The notes under the pieces: generated by a model
What the model was told of the DNA's origin: nothing
The model's database searches: none
What the model saw: the letters and a program-made list of their open reading frames with translations, nothing else
Position numbers and translations under genes: made by a program
Shown: piece after piece, positions 20,688-30,638 of the stretch
Position numbering within the stretch: the first letter of the stretch is position 1
Layout of the letters: every line of letters starts with the position of its first letter
Source of the DNA: Nitrososphaeria archaeon
GTDB lineage: Archaea; Thermoproteota; Nitrososphaeria; JACIWG01
Assembly: GCA_050011875.1 (NCBI GenBank)
Contig: JBEKIG010000001.1
Coordinates: 131,736-195,735 of the forward strand
Direction of reading: 5' to 3'
DNA: 64,000 nucleotides

Positions 20688-21914
20688 TTAGAATATCGAC
20701 TTGTACGTAGCAAAAATAGGGAGCTCATCTTTGGAAAAGGCAAGACTAGTTAATTGTGTAACTACATTGAACGTTGTCTTTATCGTTAGGTTTTCGCCTG
20801 TAACTCCGATTATCAGCGTGTATGTTCCAGGCGTAACGTCAACTTTGAAGTGTGGGTCTTTACTTGCTTGCCAGTAGAGGGTACCTATCTGTCCCTGAGG
20901 ACCAGGCAGAGGAGCTTGGGTCGAGTGCCCAAGCTGATACGCTAACCCCCAAACTTGCTGGTTTTGGGAATTAAATACGTCTAATTCCACTTGTGAGGCG
21001 TTGACCTCCTGCGCCCCTGTCAGATTGAAGCGTATCCAGAGGTAGTCGTTAGGATTCACGGACGTACTTGAAAGTGTAACCTCCAGTTTCAGCCCTGAGG
21101 TTTCGTTAGTCAGCGTCGGACCAAGGAACTCGGTAGGTGGCGAAGTTGCGGTGGTCATCGAAGTAGTCGTGGGTGAAGAAGTTGAAGTTGTTGAAGTAGC
21201 TGTTGTAGTAATTATTAGAGGAGCCTGTAGCTCTACCTGTTCAATCTCGTTAAGGTCAATGTTGTAGTAAACACCTTCAACAATGATGGTATAATTACCA
21301 GGGGTTTGTTTGTGAGGTGGGTTTCCTGGGCCCAGCTGGTTTGGTAAGTTTGTGCCCGTATCCCACGTGTCACTGAGAGCCCAGCTATAACCTTTGATGA
21401 AGTTCGGTGGCGGAGGACCTGTGGGGCCTGTAGCGTAAGGAGACCACTCCCAGTATACAGCGTTACCTTTTTCGTTGTAAATTGTTATGTTAAACTTGCC
21501 ATAGTATTCGAGTAGTGAAAGGTGTGAGGAGTTGTTTACATTTGTCATGGAAACGAAATATTTGAAGGTGCCGCCAACATTAAATGAAGGAGTGTATGTT
21601 AGATTAAGTAAAATACCCCGCTCTTCGACCCACACTGAAACCAAAACACCACCAGCTTGTTCAGAGAAGTTGTTGTTAAAGGGAAACGATGTCGTGAACG
21701 GAGTCGTGAGAGAAATGGTGCGAGAGAACTGTGTTGCGGTAGTAGTTGTATTTGAATGGAGCTGTGCTGTTGTTGAAGTTGTATTAGGAGGACTTGTTGA
21801 GCCTTTGAATGATGTTGGGTTAAAGTAGATGACGCTTCCAACAACTACAGCCGTAACTATAAGGGCGACAAAAACTATCTTATAGGAGGATTTATCGACC
21901 GATTGTTTCATCAT
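20688..21914 (-). CDS. Membrane-anchored Ser/Thr-rich surface protein with two Ig-like domains
   Basis: N-terminal TM, two Thr-rich linkers, two beta-rich domains each ending in TPG(N/T)YT. Confidence 0.75.
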   Translation of the reverse strand: MMKQSVDKSSYKIVFVALIVTAVVVGSVIYFNPTSFKGSTSPPNTTSTTAQLHSNTTTTATQFSRTISLTTPFTTSFPFNNNFSEQAGGVLVSVWVEERGILLNLTYTPSFNVGGTFKYFVSMTNVNNSSHLSLLEYYGKFNITIYNEKGNAVYWEWSPYATGPTGPPPPNFIKGYSWALSDTWDTGTNLPNQLGPGNPPHKQTPGNYTIIVEGVYYNIDLNEIEQVELQAPLIITTTATSTTSTSSPTTTSMTTATSPPTEFLGPTLTNETSGLKLEVTLSSTSVNPNDYLWIRFNLTGAQEVNASQVELDVFNSQNQQVWGLAYQLGHSTQAPLPGPQGQIGTLYWQASKDPHFKVDVTPGTYTLIIGVTGENLTIKTTFNVVTQLTSLAFSKDELPIFATYKSIF

Positions 21915-21931
21915 ATCACTACACCTTTAGA

Positions 21932-22639
21932 TCAGCTGGTTTGAATTGCTACAAAATATATTGTGTTCGATGATAGTGGAGAACTGAAGTTTAGGTTGAT
22001 AGTTAGAGATGTTCCTGCTGTCACTTTGATAGGTAGGATTGGGTTTGATGTGCCTCCGTTCACGCTTGACAGGGGGTTTCCGTTTACGAGTATGCCTTTA
22101 ATGGTCTGGTCTGTGCTCCCAGTGTTCATGACGCTAACAAGCACCTGAGTCGGGCTGACGGCTGTCACGTTTGTTACTTCAAGCCTTTCTATGCTCGTAA
22201 CTGTAGTTGTTAAGGTTACAGTTGTCGTTAAACCCTGCGTCTCAGTTGTTGTTACGGTCGCAGTCGCAGTGCCAACTTGCTGTGTCACAGTAACAGTTAC
22301 AGGAGGTCCGGACGTTATAGTGGGAGAACCAGTTGCAGTAGATGTAATAGTTGTAACTGTTATAGGTGTTGTAGACGTCGTACCAGACGAAGTCGTACTA
22401 AACGAAGTTAACTGTGTAGTAGTAGTACTTGGACCACTGTAGGTTGTTGTGGCTGTGCTTGTAGCTGTAGTGATAGAAGTCGTAGTTGTAGTTGTAGAAC
22501 TGGGTATTGTGGAAGTCGTCTGCGTCGGCTGCAGTGGAAGAAGGTAGAATGCTGCCCCTGCCAGAACCAACGCTAATACGGTGGCTACGAAAACTCCTAC
22601 AACTATCTGTCTTTTATATTCCGACATTATGCTCGTCAA
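21932..22639 (-). CDS. Membrane-anchored Thr-rich surface protein with C-terminal pilin-like beta domain
   Basis: N-terminal TM, long poly-Thr stalk, VSVMNTG...IKGILVNG motif. Confidence 0.75.
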   Translation of the reverse strand: MTSIMSEYKRQIVVGVFVATVLALVLAGAAFYLLPLQPTQTTSTIPSSTTTTTTSITTATSTATTTYSGPSTTTTQLTSFSTTSSGTTSTTPITVTTITSTATGSPTITSGPPVTVTVTQQVGTATATVTTTETQGLTTTVTLTTTVTSIERLEVTNVTAVSPTQVLVSVMNTGSTDQTIKGILVNGNPLSSVNGGTSNPILPIKVTAGTSLTINLNFSSPLSSNTIYFVAIQTS

Positions 22640-22694
22640 CCAGTACCTCTGAACCGGATATATTGCTATTAATAGAAAGACAGGAAAGTAGAGT

Positions 22695-22752
22695 TTTCTA
22701 ATTTTAGAAAACGTCTTTCTAATTTTAGAAAACGTCTTTCTAATTTTAGAAA
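22695..22752. repeat. 21-bp tandem repeat (2.8 copies) containing the palindrome TTTCTA-N4-TAGAAA
   Basis: TTTCTAATTTTAGAAAACGTC at 22695 and 22716, plus a partial copy at 22737, in a divergent promoter. Confidence 0.9.
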
Positions 22753-22798
22753 TTGATAAGGCTTAATACTTTATAGTTTATCGTTAAATTGAAAACTG

Positions 22799-23221
22799 TT
22801 GAGTGCTGAAGAAGAAGATGAAGCAAAGGTTTTGAGGGGTACAACTCTTAGAGTTTACCGTTTCATATTCAAGGCGGGAAAGCCTGTTGGAATCAGCGAA
22901 TTGCAGGAGGGTCTTGGTTTCAGCTCCTCGTCCGTCGCATCATATCACGTCAGCAAGCTTCTTGAGGCTGGGCTAATCAGAGAGCAGGACAAAGGCTACG
23001 TCATGGACAAGGTTGTTTTTGACAACATGGTCAGAGTGAGAAGGACGCTCATACCCTTCCAGACGGCGTATATGGCGTTCTTCGCTGTAGCATTCCTGAT
23101 TCTGTTAACTTATCTGAGGCCGCCTCAGATAACGTCTACATATGGTTTCGCTTTAGTGGTGTGCTTGGTAGGGGTTGCAACATCGCTGTATGAAGTGGTT
23201 AGGGCGTTGAAGAAGGTGTGA
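22799..23221 (+). CDS. Membrane-anchored winged-HTH transcriptional regulator
   Basis: LRGTTLRVYRFI...GISELQEGLGFSSSSVASYHVSKLLEAGLI followed by two TM helices; TTG start. Confidence 0.85.
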   Translation: MSAEEEDEAKVLRGTTLRVYRFIFKAGKPVGISELQEGLGFSSSSVASYHVSKLLEAGLIREQDKGYVMDKVVFDNMVRVRRTLIPFQTAYMAFFAVAFLILLTYLRPPQITSTYGFALVVCLVGVATSLYEVVRALKKV

Positions 23222-23225
23222 GATA

Positions 23226-23702
23226 ATGTCGTCTTCGAAGATAAGAAACAAGTTGTTGATCATGTTTATAGTTCTTACTTTGATATTCGGTTCCCTGTTT
23301 GCCTTCGAATTTGTACAGGTAAACAATTTGGAGAAGGAAGTGGGCGAGTTAAAGGGCTCCAACTCTACCACTGTCCCAGAGGAGGGCCTAATCTACTTCT
23401 ACAAGATGGGCGATTTCTCTTATAAAATGGTGAGCGAGATGAACGAGGGTGAATCCATCACATTCAATGGCGTCACGTTCACAAACCTTCCCCTTAATCT
23501 CACCTACACCGGATGTGCTGTCCAGTTCTTCAAGTTCTCCTTCGCAGACGGTTCTTCCGAGATTGCGCAGATTAACCTATGCCCAATGGCCTTCGAGCCA
23601 GGTATGTACTTTACAAACCATATGAACCCGAGGGCGGGAGTGATTGTTTCACTTGGAGATTCACCTATTGCCAGAGGAATCTACCTCCTCGTCCAAAACT
23701 AA
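23226..23702 (+). CDS. Exported/membrane-anchored hypothetical protein
   Basis: N-terminal TM followed by a short coiled coil; 4 bp after the regulator gene. Confidence 0.75.
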   Translation: MSSSKIRNKLLIMFIVLTLIFGSLFAFEFVQVNNLEKEVGELKGSNSTTVPEEGLIYFYKMGDFSYKMVSEMNEGESITFNGVTFTNLPLNLTYTGCAVQFFKFSFADGSSEIAQINLCPMAFEPGMYFTNHMNPRAGVIVSLGDSPIARGIYLLVQN

Positions 23703-23971
23703 AGGTACTTACTTCCATATATGATAATCTAAAGATGCGGCGTCCGGGATTATAAATCCTACGGTAATAATCGCACATAATAATCGTCTAAAAAAGTTTA
23801 CCTTTTAAAATCCAAGTAAATCAATTAAAATTTTAATAGATGTAAAGAGGAAAATTGAAGCCAGTGGGCTTCATACCCAAATGGGTTCTAAGCCATTTCC
23901 AAGAACGATCTTCCTTGGATAAAATTTTTTCGAGCCAGTCCAGTGGCTCATATTAGTCGGATTCAAACATC

Positions 23972-24310
23972 TTATGTCGACAACCACCGTCTTTCTTTGG
24001 CTTGCCTAATGACCTCAGCAAAAAGCTTGTCAGGGTAGAAAGTCGCGAACTGGCCCAACATCCACCCCTTCCCTCTGTTCGCCCAATAGCAAGCACGGTA
24101 TTCGACACTCTTATCCTCATCAAAAACGCACTGTTCCAACCCTTTCCAATACTCAAGCCCATTGTGACTAGGCTGATGAACAAAAATGAGATGCTTTATC
24201 GTTCCTTTGCGTTTTCCTTCCATCCCGAATACCCAATTCCGATTCTTGTACCGGAGCTTAATTTCCTCCGGGAATCTATCTGGAAAGCAGCTCTCGCACA
24301 TGCCTAACAA
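23972..24310 (-). CDS. Hypothetical protein (CxxC; RACYW...WMLGQFA)
   Basis: 112-aa ORF with globular, aromatic-rich composition, downstream of an AT-rich promoter-like region. Confidence 0.65.
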   Translation of the reverse strand: MLGMCESCFPDRFPEEIKLRYKNRNWVFGMEGKRKGTIKHLIFVHQPSHNGLEYWKGLEQCVFDEDKSVEYRACYWANRGKGWMLGQFATFYPDKLFAEVIRQAKERRWLST

Positions 24311-24455
24311 GATTCTATTGATAATCTCATATTAATAAAATTTGTCTATCTAACTGTAGATTCTGTGAGAAATATATTCATTGACATATTAAGACTTAAA
24401 TGCTCAATTTAATTTTAAACCTTATTATTTAATGGAAATAGAATATGATACCTGC

Positions 24456-25469
24456 TTAACTGAAATACTTGTCAATCTTGCTATACCCTTTACCGTTCAC
24501 TTTCCTTATACCTCTAGTTCTGAAGGCATATCTTCTTTCTTTTCTTGAGAACTTTTCTAATTTTCCACAAATCCATTCATCATAGGATTTTCTTATAGGA
24601 TGGGGTAGTGAAGTAATATCAAATCCAATTTTTTTAAATGTATAGAGTGCTTCCATAATCCACTGTTTCTTGGCTTGAATTGTTTCTGAGTCTATATTAC
24701 GCCATCCTGGGAAAAGAGACTTCATATTATTATAGATAGCATCTATTTGCAAATCTACAGCCGTACCTTTAGGAAGATTTGAGGAGTATGATGGAAAAAC
24801 GTGCATTAATAATACTTTCATGGTATATTGGATAGGTGGTTTTTGTACAACGAACAAAAATTTAGAACGCAAATATTGCAATACATCAGCAGGAACAGGT
24901 ATTCCTCCTGGCTCATTTACAAACTTCTCCAACTCATTATTCTTTGTTTTACCATACTCACAATTTAACCTCATCTCGTCACTAAAGTCCTTGCTTGTTT
25001 TCTTTTTCTTAATAAATGCCCAGCTCCAAACTGCAAGATTATCTGGCTTCAAGAAATCGTTATCAGGAGAGCTCGTCAATTCTTTAATTGAATTGACTAC
25101 AATTTTAGTGTCTTCGACATGGCATATAAGTATAACATCATTATGCTCCAATACGGTAGAAGACACATTTAATTTACAATTGACACTGAAATAACGTTTA
25201 AGGTCAAGCAGTTCGTCTTTAATTGTTCTTTGAGAGACCGCCCACTTTAGTTCAAAAAAAATACAATTACGTTCATCATCGTACGTTGCAATGAGGTCTG
25301 GAGTAATCTTTTCGTTTGTTAAAGTTGTAATTGTTCTTTCTATCCCAAAGAATTTACCAACACTTGGATTTTTGATCAAAATTTCTCTAATAGCTGCTAA
25401 AACGATGACAGCATCAGAATATTTAGCAGAGTCTTCAAGGCATTTTGTAATTATTATGCTTTCAGACAA
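24456..25469 (-). CDS. Putative PD-(D/E)xK nuclease domain protein
   Basis: N-terminal E...TPDLIATYDDERNCIFFELK; starts 1 bp after the upstream ORF stop. Confidence 0.7.
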   Translation of the reverse strand: MSESIIITKCLEDSAKYSDAVIVLAAIREILIKNPSVGKFFGIERTITTLTNEKITPDLIATYDDERNCIFFELKWAVSQRTIKDELLDLKRYFSVNCKLNVSSTVLEHNDVILICHVEDTKIVVNSIKELTSSPDNDFLKPDNLAVWSWAFIKKKKTSKDFSDEMRLNCEYGKTKNNELEKFVNEPGGIPVPADVLQYLRSKFLFVVQKPPIQYTMKVLLMHVFPSYSSNLPKGTAVDLQIDAIYNNMKSLFPGWRNIDSETIQAKKQWIMEALYTFKKIGFDITSLPHPIRKSYDEWICGKLEKFSRKERRYAFRTRGIRKVNGKGYSKIDKYFS

Positions 25470-25470
25470 C

Positions 25471-26526
25471 CTAAATTACCGTTATATTACCTTCCCCTAA
25501 TAAATCTTGAACTTTTCCAGCTAGTTTCCATAATGCTGGATTTGTAGTCCTAAGCATTGGTGTGATAGTAACTGTATTATCTAACACAGTTAAGCCAAAT
25601 GATGAACCGTCATAATAGTCTAAGAGATCTGCTGAGAAATAGGGGTTTCCACTATGCGAAATCGATACCATATAGTCAGATCTAAGTTCTTGTGCAATAT
25701 TTTTTAAATCTTCGATACTAAAAGGCTTAGGATAAGTAATTACGCAAGGATGCAACTCAACTTCTTCCTCAACGACTTTTCTTCTTACTTGTTCATATTT
25801 TCTATTTAACTCTATCGAGAGGTTAATAACTTCTAGCAAGACATTTTGGAAATAGCTTGTAAAATTTCCATAGACCAGTTCCGAGAAACCTCTATTAGTT
25901 ATTATAGCATCTAGCAAAGTCATTTTTTCTTGATTTATTACTTTAAAACGAAGTTTCTTTACCCAAATAGATTTTTCTCTTGCTTCCTTTAATAGTCTAT
26001 CTCCAGCCTTCTCTCCACGTAATATCATATACTCGACTTCTGGACCATTTCTGTAACCTATGGAAAAACGTGTAATAAATTTCTGTCCTTGATACAAACT
26101 CTTTGCTTTTTCAAGAAGATCTAGTATTTGTGAGTAATTTAGATAAATCCTAGTTATTTTTGGGTAAAGACCATCAATTAAACTTCCAAATACTTTATCA
26201 GCCAAATAGTGCTTAGCCATCGTGGACATAATCCAGAATGAGGATTTGACATCTAATAGAACCGTTCCCTTCACTATTTTATTTTTTGATATTTGTTTCT
26301 CTATGGATAATCTATAAAAATTGTGTTCTAGCTTATTCAAATCCAGAGAAAATTTTTTCCTAAGCTTGCTATCATCCTGAACAAGTCTCCCTATCTGCTC
26401 TGGATTCAGATCGGTAAGGACAATCATGTTTTTCAAGAGGGGCCTGAGCTCCCGCTTAGTGTAGATATTATTAAGTAAATCGTCCATATCTTCACGGTTG
26501 CTTATCTTGAGGAGCAGGTCTTGCAT
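25471..26526 (-). CDS. Hypothetical protein, partner of the downstream nuclease
   Basis: 351-aa ORF, alpha/beta composition, C-terminal HSGNPYF...DYYDGSSF. Confidence 0.8.
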   Translation of the reverse strand: MQDLLLKISNREDMDDLLNNIYTKRELRPLLKNMIVLTDLNPEQIGRLVQDDSKLRKKFSLDLNKLEHNFYRLSIEKQISKNKIVKGTVLLDVKSSFWIMSTMAKHYLADKVFGSLIDGLYPKITRIYLNYSQILDLLEKAKSLYQGQKFITRFSIGYRNGPEVEYMILRGEKAGDRLLKEAREKSIWVKKLRFKVINQEKMTLLDAIITNRGFSELVYGNFTSYFQNVLLEVINLSIELNRKYEQVRRKVVEEEVELHPCVITYPKPFSIEDLKNIAQELRSDYMVSISHSGNPYFSADLLDYYDGSSFGLTVLDNTVTITPMLRTTNPALWKLAGKVQDLLGEGNITVI

Positions 26527-26788
26527 GTTCTATCATATATCCTTACTACCTTTTAATTAATCTTTTTTTATTGTTTCCATAATACGGTCCTAACTGTTGC
26601 TTATGCTGCATCAGCTCTGGCTCTGGGAGACGTTGGAAATATAGGATATGTTGGCGTTGGGAGGGGTGGTTAAATAATAGTAGTATAATGATAATAAATG
26701 ATTAATTATGGCTACATGTTTAATGTAATGTTAAAATAAATTTGAGGTATTTTCAGCTTCCAGAGAACTTCTTCTATTAATAAAAGTT

Positions 26789-27337
26789 CTAAAGTGATTG
26801 GTATTTCTGTTGATATTCTTTGGATCGGATATTATTTAATTTTTTTGTTGTATTGATTATTGAGTCAACAATACCCGAGTAGTTCATTGGGAAATTCAGA
26901 TACAAAGTCATATTAGCTTTTGGAGCATAAGGACGTGAGTCTCTCATCTCTAGCTCTAGCGACATTAGTTGAGTGATAAGATAATTATCTAAATCTACAT
27001 CTATTCCCTTGATAACTGTATTCGAGATGGATAAGCTGAAGTTTCTTAGTTGTTCTAAGTACACATAACCTTGTGTATCCACATTATTGCCCAACTTCAA
27101 AGTGTCATTTGTTAAAGTAGAATTGTTTGCAATATGATTTCTTAGAGCTTCTATGGCAATGAGCAAGTTGTTGGCAGAAGCAGTAAGAGGAACAAAATCT
27201 GTCATATATGAAAGCCTGGATTGATTCTTATTATAAGCCTTCAATGAAAAAAAATACCCAAGAAATGCGCCGACCAATATGCCAACCAATGTTCCTATTA
27301 CGCCAATAAGAGCAGATGTATCAAATGAACTTTCCAT
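26789..27337 (-). CDS. Hypothetical membrane-anchored protein
   Basis: TM IGVIGTLVGILVGAFLGYFF; the frame extends upstream into a second hydrophobic, signal-like stretch. Confidence 0.65.
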   Translation of the reverse strand: MESSFDTSALIGVIGTLVGILVGAFLGYFFSLKAYNKNQSRLSYMTDFVPLTASANNLLIAIEALRNHIANNSTLTNDTLKLGNNVDTQGYVYLEQLRNFSLSISNTVIKGIDVDLDNYLITQLMSLELEMRDSRPYAPKANMTLYLNFPMNYSGIVDSIINTTKKLNNIRSKEYQQKYQSL

Positions 27338-27887
27338 TTGATACCCGCTGTTCGTAGTCTTTATGTTAGAAGACGCTAGAGCAATGTATGAATTATTGGA
27401 GTGTAGTGTTCCAAATACAAATATTAGTAATAGTATAAGAAGAACAGAGATTACTGTATTTTGTTTGGTTATGTTTTACACTTGATTTGGAATAAGTTCA
27501 ATAAGCAAGATATAAAGCTTATTAAAACGCAGATTCATGCTTCAATATCTTTAATAACTTTTGGTGAACCGTATTCGCTTAATCTACAGATTCCATTTAG
27601 TGAGATACTTTTAATTGATTTTCATTTGGTTATCTTTGTGTAATTAGTCTTCCAAAACTATTGAATATTACCTAAAGTTGTAACTTTCTTAATTCTCTTA
27701 TACTGGGATCTGTTTTAAATTGTTTTCTAATCCAAGAATTATATCTTCCATTTTTTAAAATCATCTTAGAAAAGGATTATTAGCAGATTATACTGTCGTC
27801 TCTCCATCATTTTTCACTCTGATTACTTCAAAAACTTTTAAAGGCCGGGGCTGATTTTTATTAATGATGTAGGAAAGGATTGTTAAA

Positions 27888-30638
27888 ATGATGCCTGAAG
27901 AAAAAGCAAGAGTAAAGATCGACCAACTCCTCGAGGCTGCAGGATGGAAAGTTCAAGACATTAAGGAATTGAACTTTAGTGTTTCCTTGGGAGTTGCTGT
28001 ACGAAATTTTTCTTTAGAATCAGGCATCGCTGATTATCTGATCTTTGTTGACAGGAAAGCCGTTGGTGTTATTGAAGCGAAGCCTGAAGGCACAACACTA
28101 AGTGGTGTATCTGAGCAGACTGAAAAGTATTTGCTGGGCGTCCCTGACAATGTTCCGCATGTTCAAGAGCCACTTCCCTTCGCTTATGAGAGCACAGGTG
28201 TTGAAACTTTTTTCAGGGATACGCGTGATCCAGAACCACGTTCTAGGAGAATATTCGCCTTTCATAAACCAGAGACACTCTACGAATGGCTTTCACAAAG
28301 CAGAACTCTTAGGGAAGGACTTAGAAGCATGCCTCCTCTGATGACTGAAGGTTTAAGAGACTGCCAAATCCAAGCGATAAAGAACCTTGAAAGGTCATTT
28401 GCTGAAGCAAGACCTAGAGCACTTATCCAGATGGCGACAGGTAGCGGAAAAACATACACCGCAGTGAACTTCTCTTACAGGTTAATCAAGTTCGCAGGAG
28501 CAAAAAGAATCCTGTTCCTGGTTGATAGGAGAACCCTTGGCAGACAAACGTTTATGGAGTTTGGGCAATTTGTGACTCCTGACGATGGTAGAAAGTTCAC
28601 AGAACTCTATAACGTGCAACATCTCACGTCAAACAAACTAGATACAGTCAGCCGAGTGTGTATTACCACAATTCAAAGACTGTATGCCATGCTAACAGGA
28701 AAGGAAATAGATGAAGAAATTGAAGAATACTCCCTTTTTGATAAGGCTCCAATAGATGAAAAACCGAGGGAAGTATCATATAATCCTAATATTCCGATTG
28801 ACACTTTTGATTTTATTATTACTGATGAATGCCATCGTTCTATTTACCATCTTTGGAGACAAGTTCTCGAATACTTCGATGCTTTCATCATAGGTCTTAC
28901 TGCCACGCCGTCTAAGCAGACGCTTGGTTTCTTTGACCAAAATCTTGTAATGGAATACAGCCATGAACGAGCTGTTGCAGATGGAGTTAACGTTGGATAC
29001 GAGGTTTATCGGATAAAGACGGATATTACAGAGAAGGGTAGCAGGATTGAGGCTGGATATTATGTGGATAAAAGGGACAAGCTTACAAGAAAGAAGCGTT
29101 GGGAGCAACTTGATGAAGATGTAGAGTACAGTCCAACCCAGTTGGATAGAGATGTTGTATCCCCTGACCAGATTAGGACGATCATTGGAACCTTTAAGGA
29201 AAAGTTGTTCACTGAAATATTTCCAGGCAGGAGGGACGTTCCCAAAACTCTTGTCTTTGCTAAGGATGATTCTCACGCAGAGGATATAGTTCAGATTGTT
29301 AGAGAGGAGTTTGGTAAAGGTAACGAGTTTGCGAAGAAGATAACATATAGGACTACGGGTGAAAGGACAGAGGATCTGATAGCGAGCTTCCGCAACTCAT
29401 ACAATCCACGTGTGGCTGTCACAGTTGACATGATCTCAACAGGCACAGACATCAGACCTTTAGAGTGCCTGCTGTTTATGAGAGATGTTAAATCGAGGGT
29501 TTACTTTGAACAGATGAAGGGACGAGGTACTCGAATAATTTCCCCTACGGACTTGAACGCTGTCACCCCAGACGCTCTAAATAAGACTAATTTTGTTATC
29601 GTCGATGCTATAGGGGTTTGTGAGAACGATAAGACCGACTCCCAGCCTCTGGAAAGAAAGAGGAGTGTTCCCTTTGACAAGCTCATTCTGTCAGTTGCCT
29701 TCGGCAACAGAGACGAAGATACATTGAGTTCTCTTGCTGGACGGCTTGCTAGGTTGGATAGGGAAATAGGCCAAGAAGAAAAGCAGGAGATTATGAAGGC
29801 TACGGGCGGATTAACATTGAAGCAGATCGTCAACAAGCTTCTTGATGTAACCGATGTCGACAAGCAGTTGGAAAAGGCAAAGGAGATCTTTAAGACTGAG
29901 ACACCTACGGAGGAGCAGGTGAACAAAGCCTATGAGGAATTGGCTAAAGAAGCATGTATACTATTTGATAACCCAGACATTAGGAACAAGATTATAGACC
30001 TTCAAAAGTTTAGTGAGCAGATTATAGATACTGTTAGCAAAGATCAGACAATCTTCGCAGGCTTTGATGAGCAGGCAAAAGAGAAGGCTAGAACCATCGT
30101 CGATACATTTAAGACTTTTATCAAAGACAACAAAGACGAATTAACAGCCTTACAAATCATCTACAGCAAATCTTACGCTAAACGCCATCTAACTTATGAA
30201 GACATTAAACAGCTTGCCGAAGCGATAAAAAAGCCTCCATATGGTCTAACTACAGAATTGATTTGGCAAGCGTACGAGCAATTGGAAAAATCAAAGGTAA
30301 AAGGGGCAGGCCCACAGAAACTCTTAACAAATATAATTTCTTTAATTCGTTTCACTATAGGAGAAAGCCAAATTCTAGAGCCTTTCTCCCAAACTATAGA
30401 TAATCGGTTCAATGGTTGGTTAAGTCAGCAAGAGGATATTGGGAGAAAGTTCACACCTGAGCAAAAGGAATGGCTCATTATGATAAAGGACCATATTGCT
30501 ACATCATTGAATATCCAAATAGAAGACCTTGAATATGCGCCATTCTACGAAAGAGGTGGTCCCTTGAAAGCATCTCAAATATTTGGAAATGAACTAAATG
30601 AGCTATTAGAAGATTTGAATAAGGCGCTTAATAAATGA
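27888..30638 (+). CDS. hsdR: Type I restriction-modification endonuclease subunit R (EcoEI-like C-terminus)
   Basis: ADYLIF...VIEAK nuclease motif, MATGSGKT, DECH, GLTATP, QMKGRGTR. Confidence 0.95.
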   Translation: MMPEEKARVKIDQLLEAAGWKVQDIKELNFSVSLGVAVRNFSLESGIADYLIFVDRKAVGVIEAKPEGTTLSGVSEQTEKYLLGVPDNVPHVQEPLPFAYESTGVETFFRDTRDPEPRSRRIFAFHKPETLYEWLSQSRTLREGLRSMPPLMTEGLRDCQIQAIKNLERSFAEARPRALIQMATGSGKTYTAVNFSYRLIKFAGAKRILFLVDRRTLGRQTFMEFGQFVTPDDGRKFTELYNVQHLTSNKLDTVSRVCITTIQRLYAMLTGKEIDEEIEEYSLFDKAPIDEKPREVSYNPNIPIDTFDFIITDECHRSIYHLWRQVLEYFDAFIIGLTATPSKQTLGFFDQNLVMEYSHERAVADGVNVGYEVYRIKTDITEKGSRIEAGYYVDKRDKLTRKKRWEQLDEDVEYSPTQLDRDVVSPDQIRTIIGTFKEKLFTEIFPGRRDVPKTLVFAKDDSHAEDIVQIVREEFGKGNEFAKKITYRTTGERTEDLIASFRNSYNPRVAVTVDMISTGTDIRPLECLLFMRDVKSRVYFEQMKGRGTRIISPTDLNAVTPDALNKTNFVIVDAIGVCENDKTDSQPLERKRSVPFDKLILSVAFGNRDEDTLSSLAGRLARLDREIGQEEKQEIMKATGGLTLKQIVNKLLDVTDVDKQLEKAKEIFKTETPTEEQVNKAYEELAKEACILFDNPDIRNKIIDLQKFSEQIIDTVSKDQTIFAGFDEQAKEKARTIVDTFKTFIKDNKDELTALQIIYSKSYAKRHLTYEDIKQLAEAIKKPPYGLTTELIWQAYEQLEKSKVKGAGPQKLLTNIISLIRFTIGESQILEPFSQTIDNRFNGWLSQQEDIGRKFTPEQKEWLIMIKDHIATSLNIQIEDLEYAPFYERGGPLKASQIFGNELNELLEDLNKALNK

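Noticed and set aside
22695-22752. Possible mini CRISPR array
   Set aside because: Repeats are directly adjacent with no spacers, and no cas genes are in the window.
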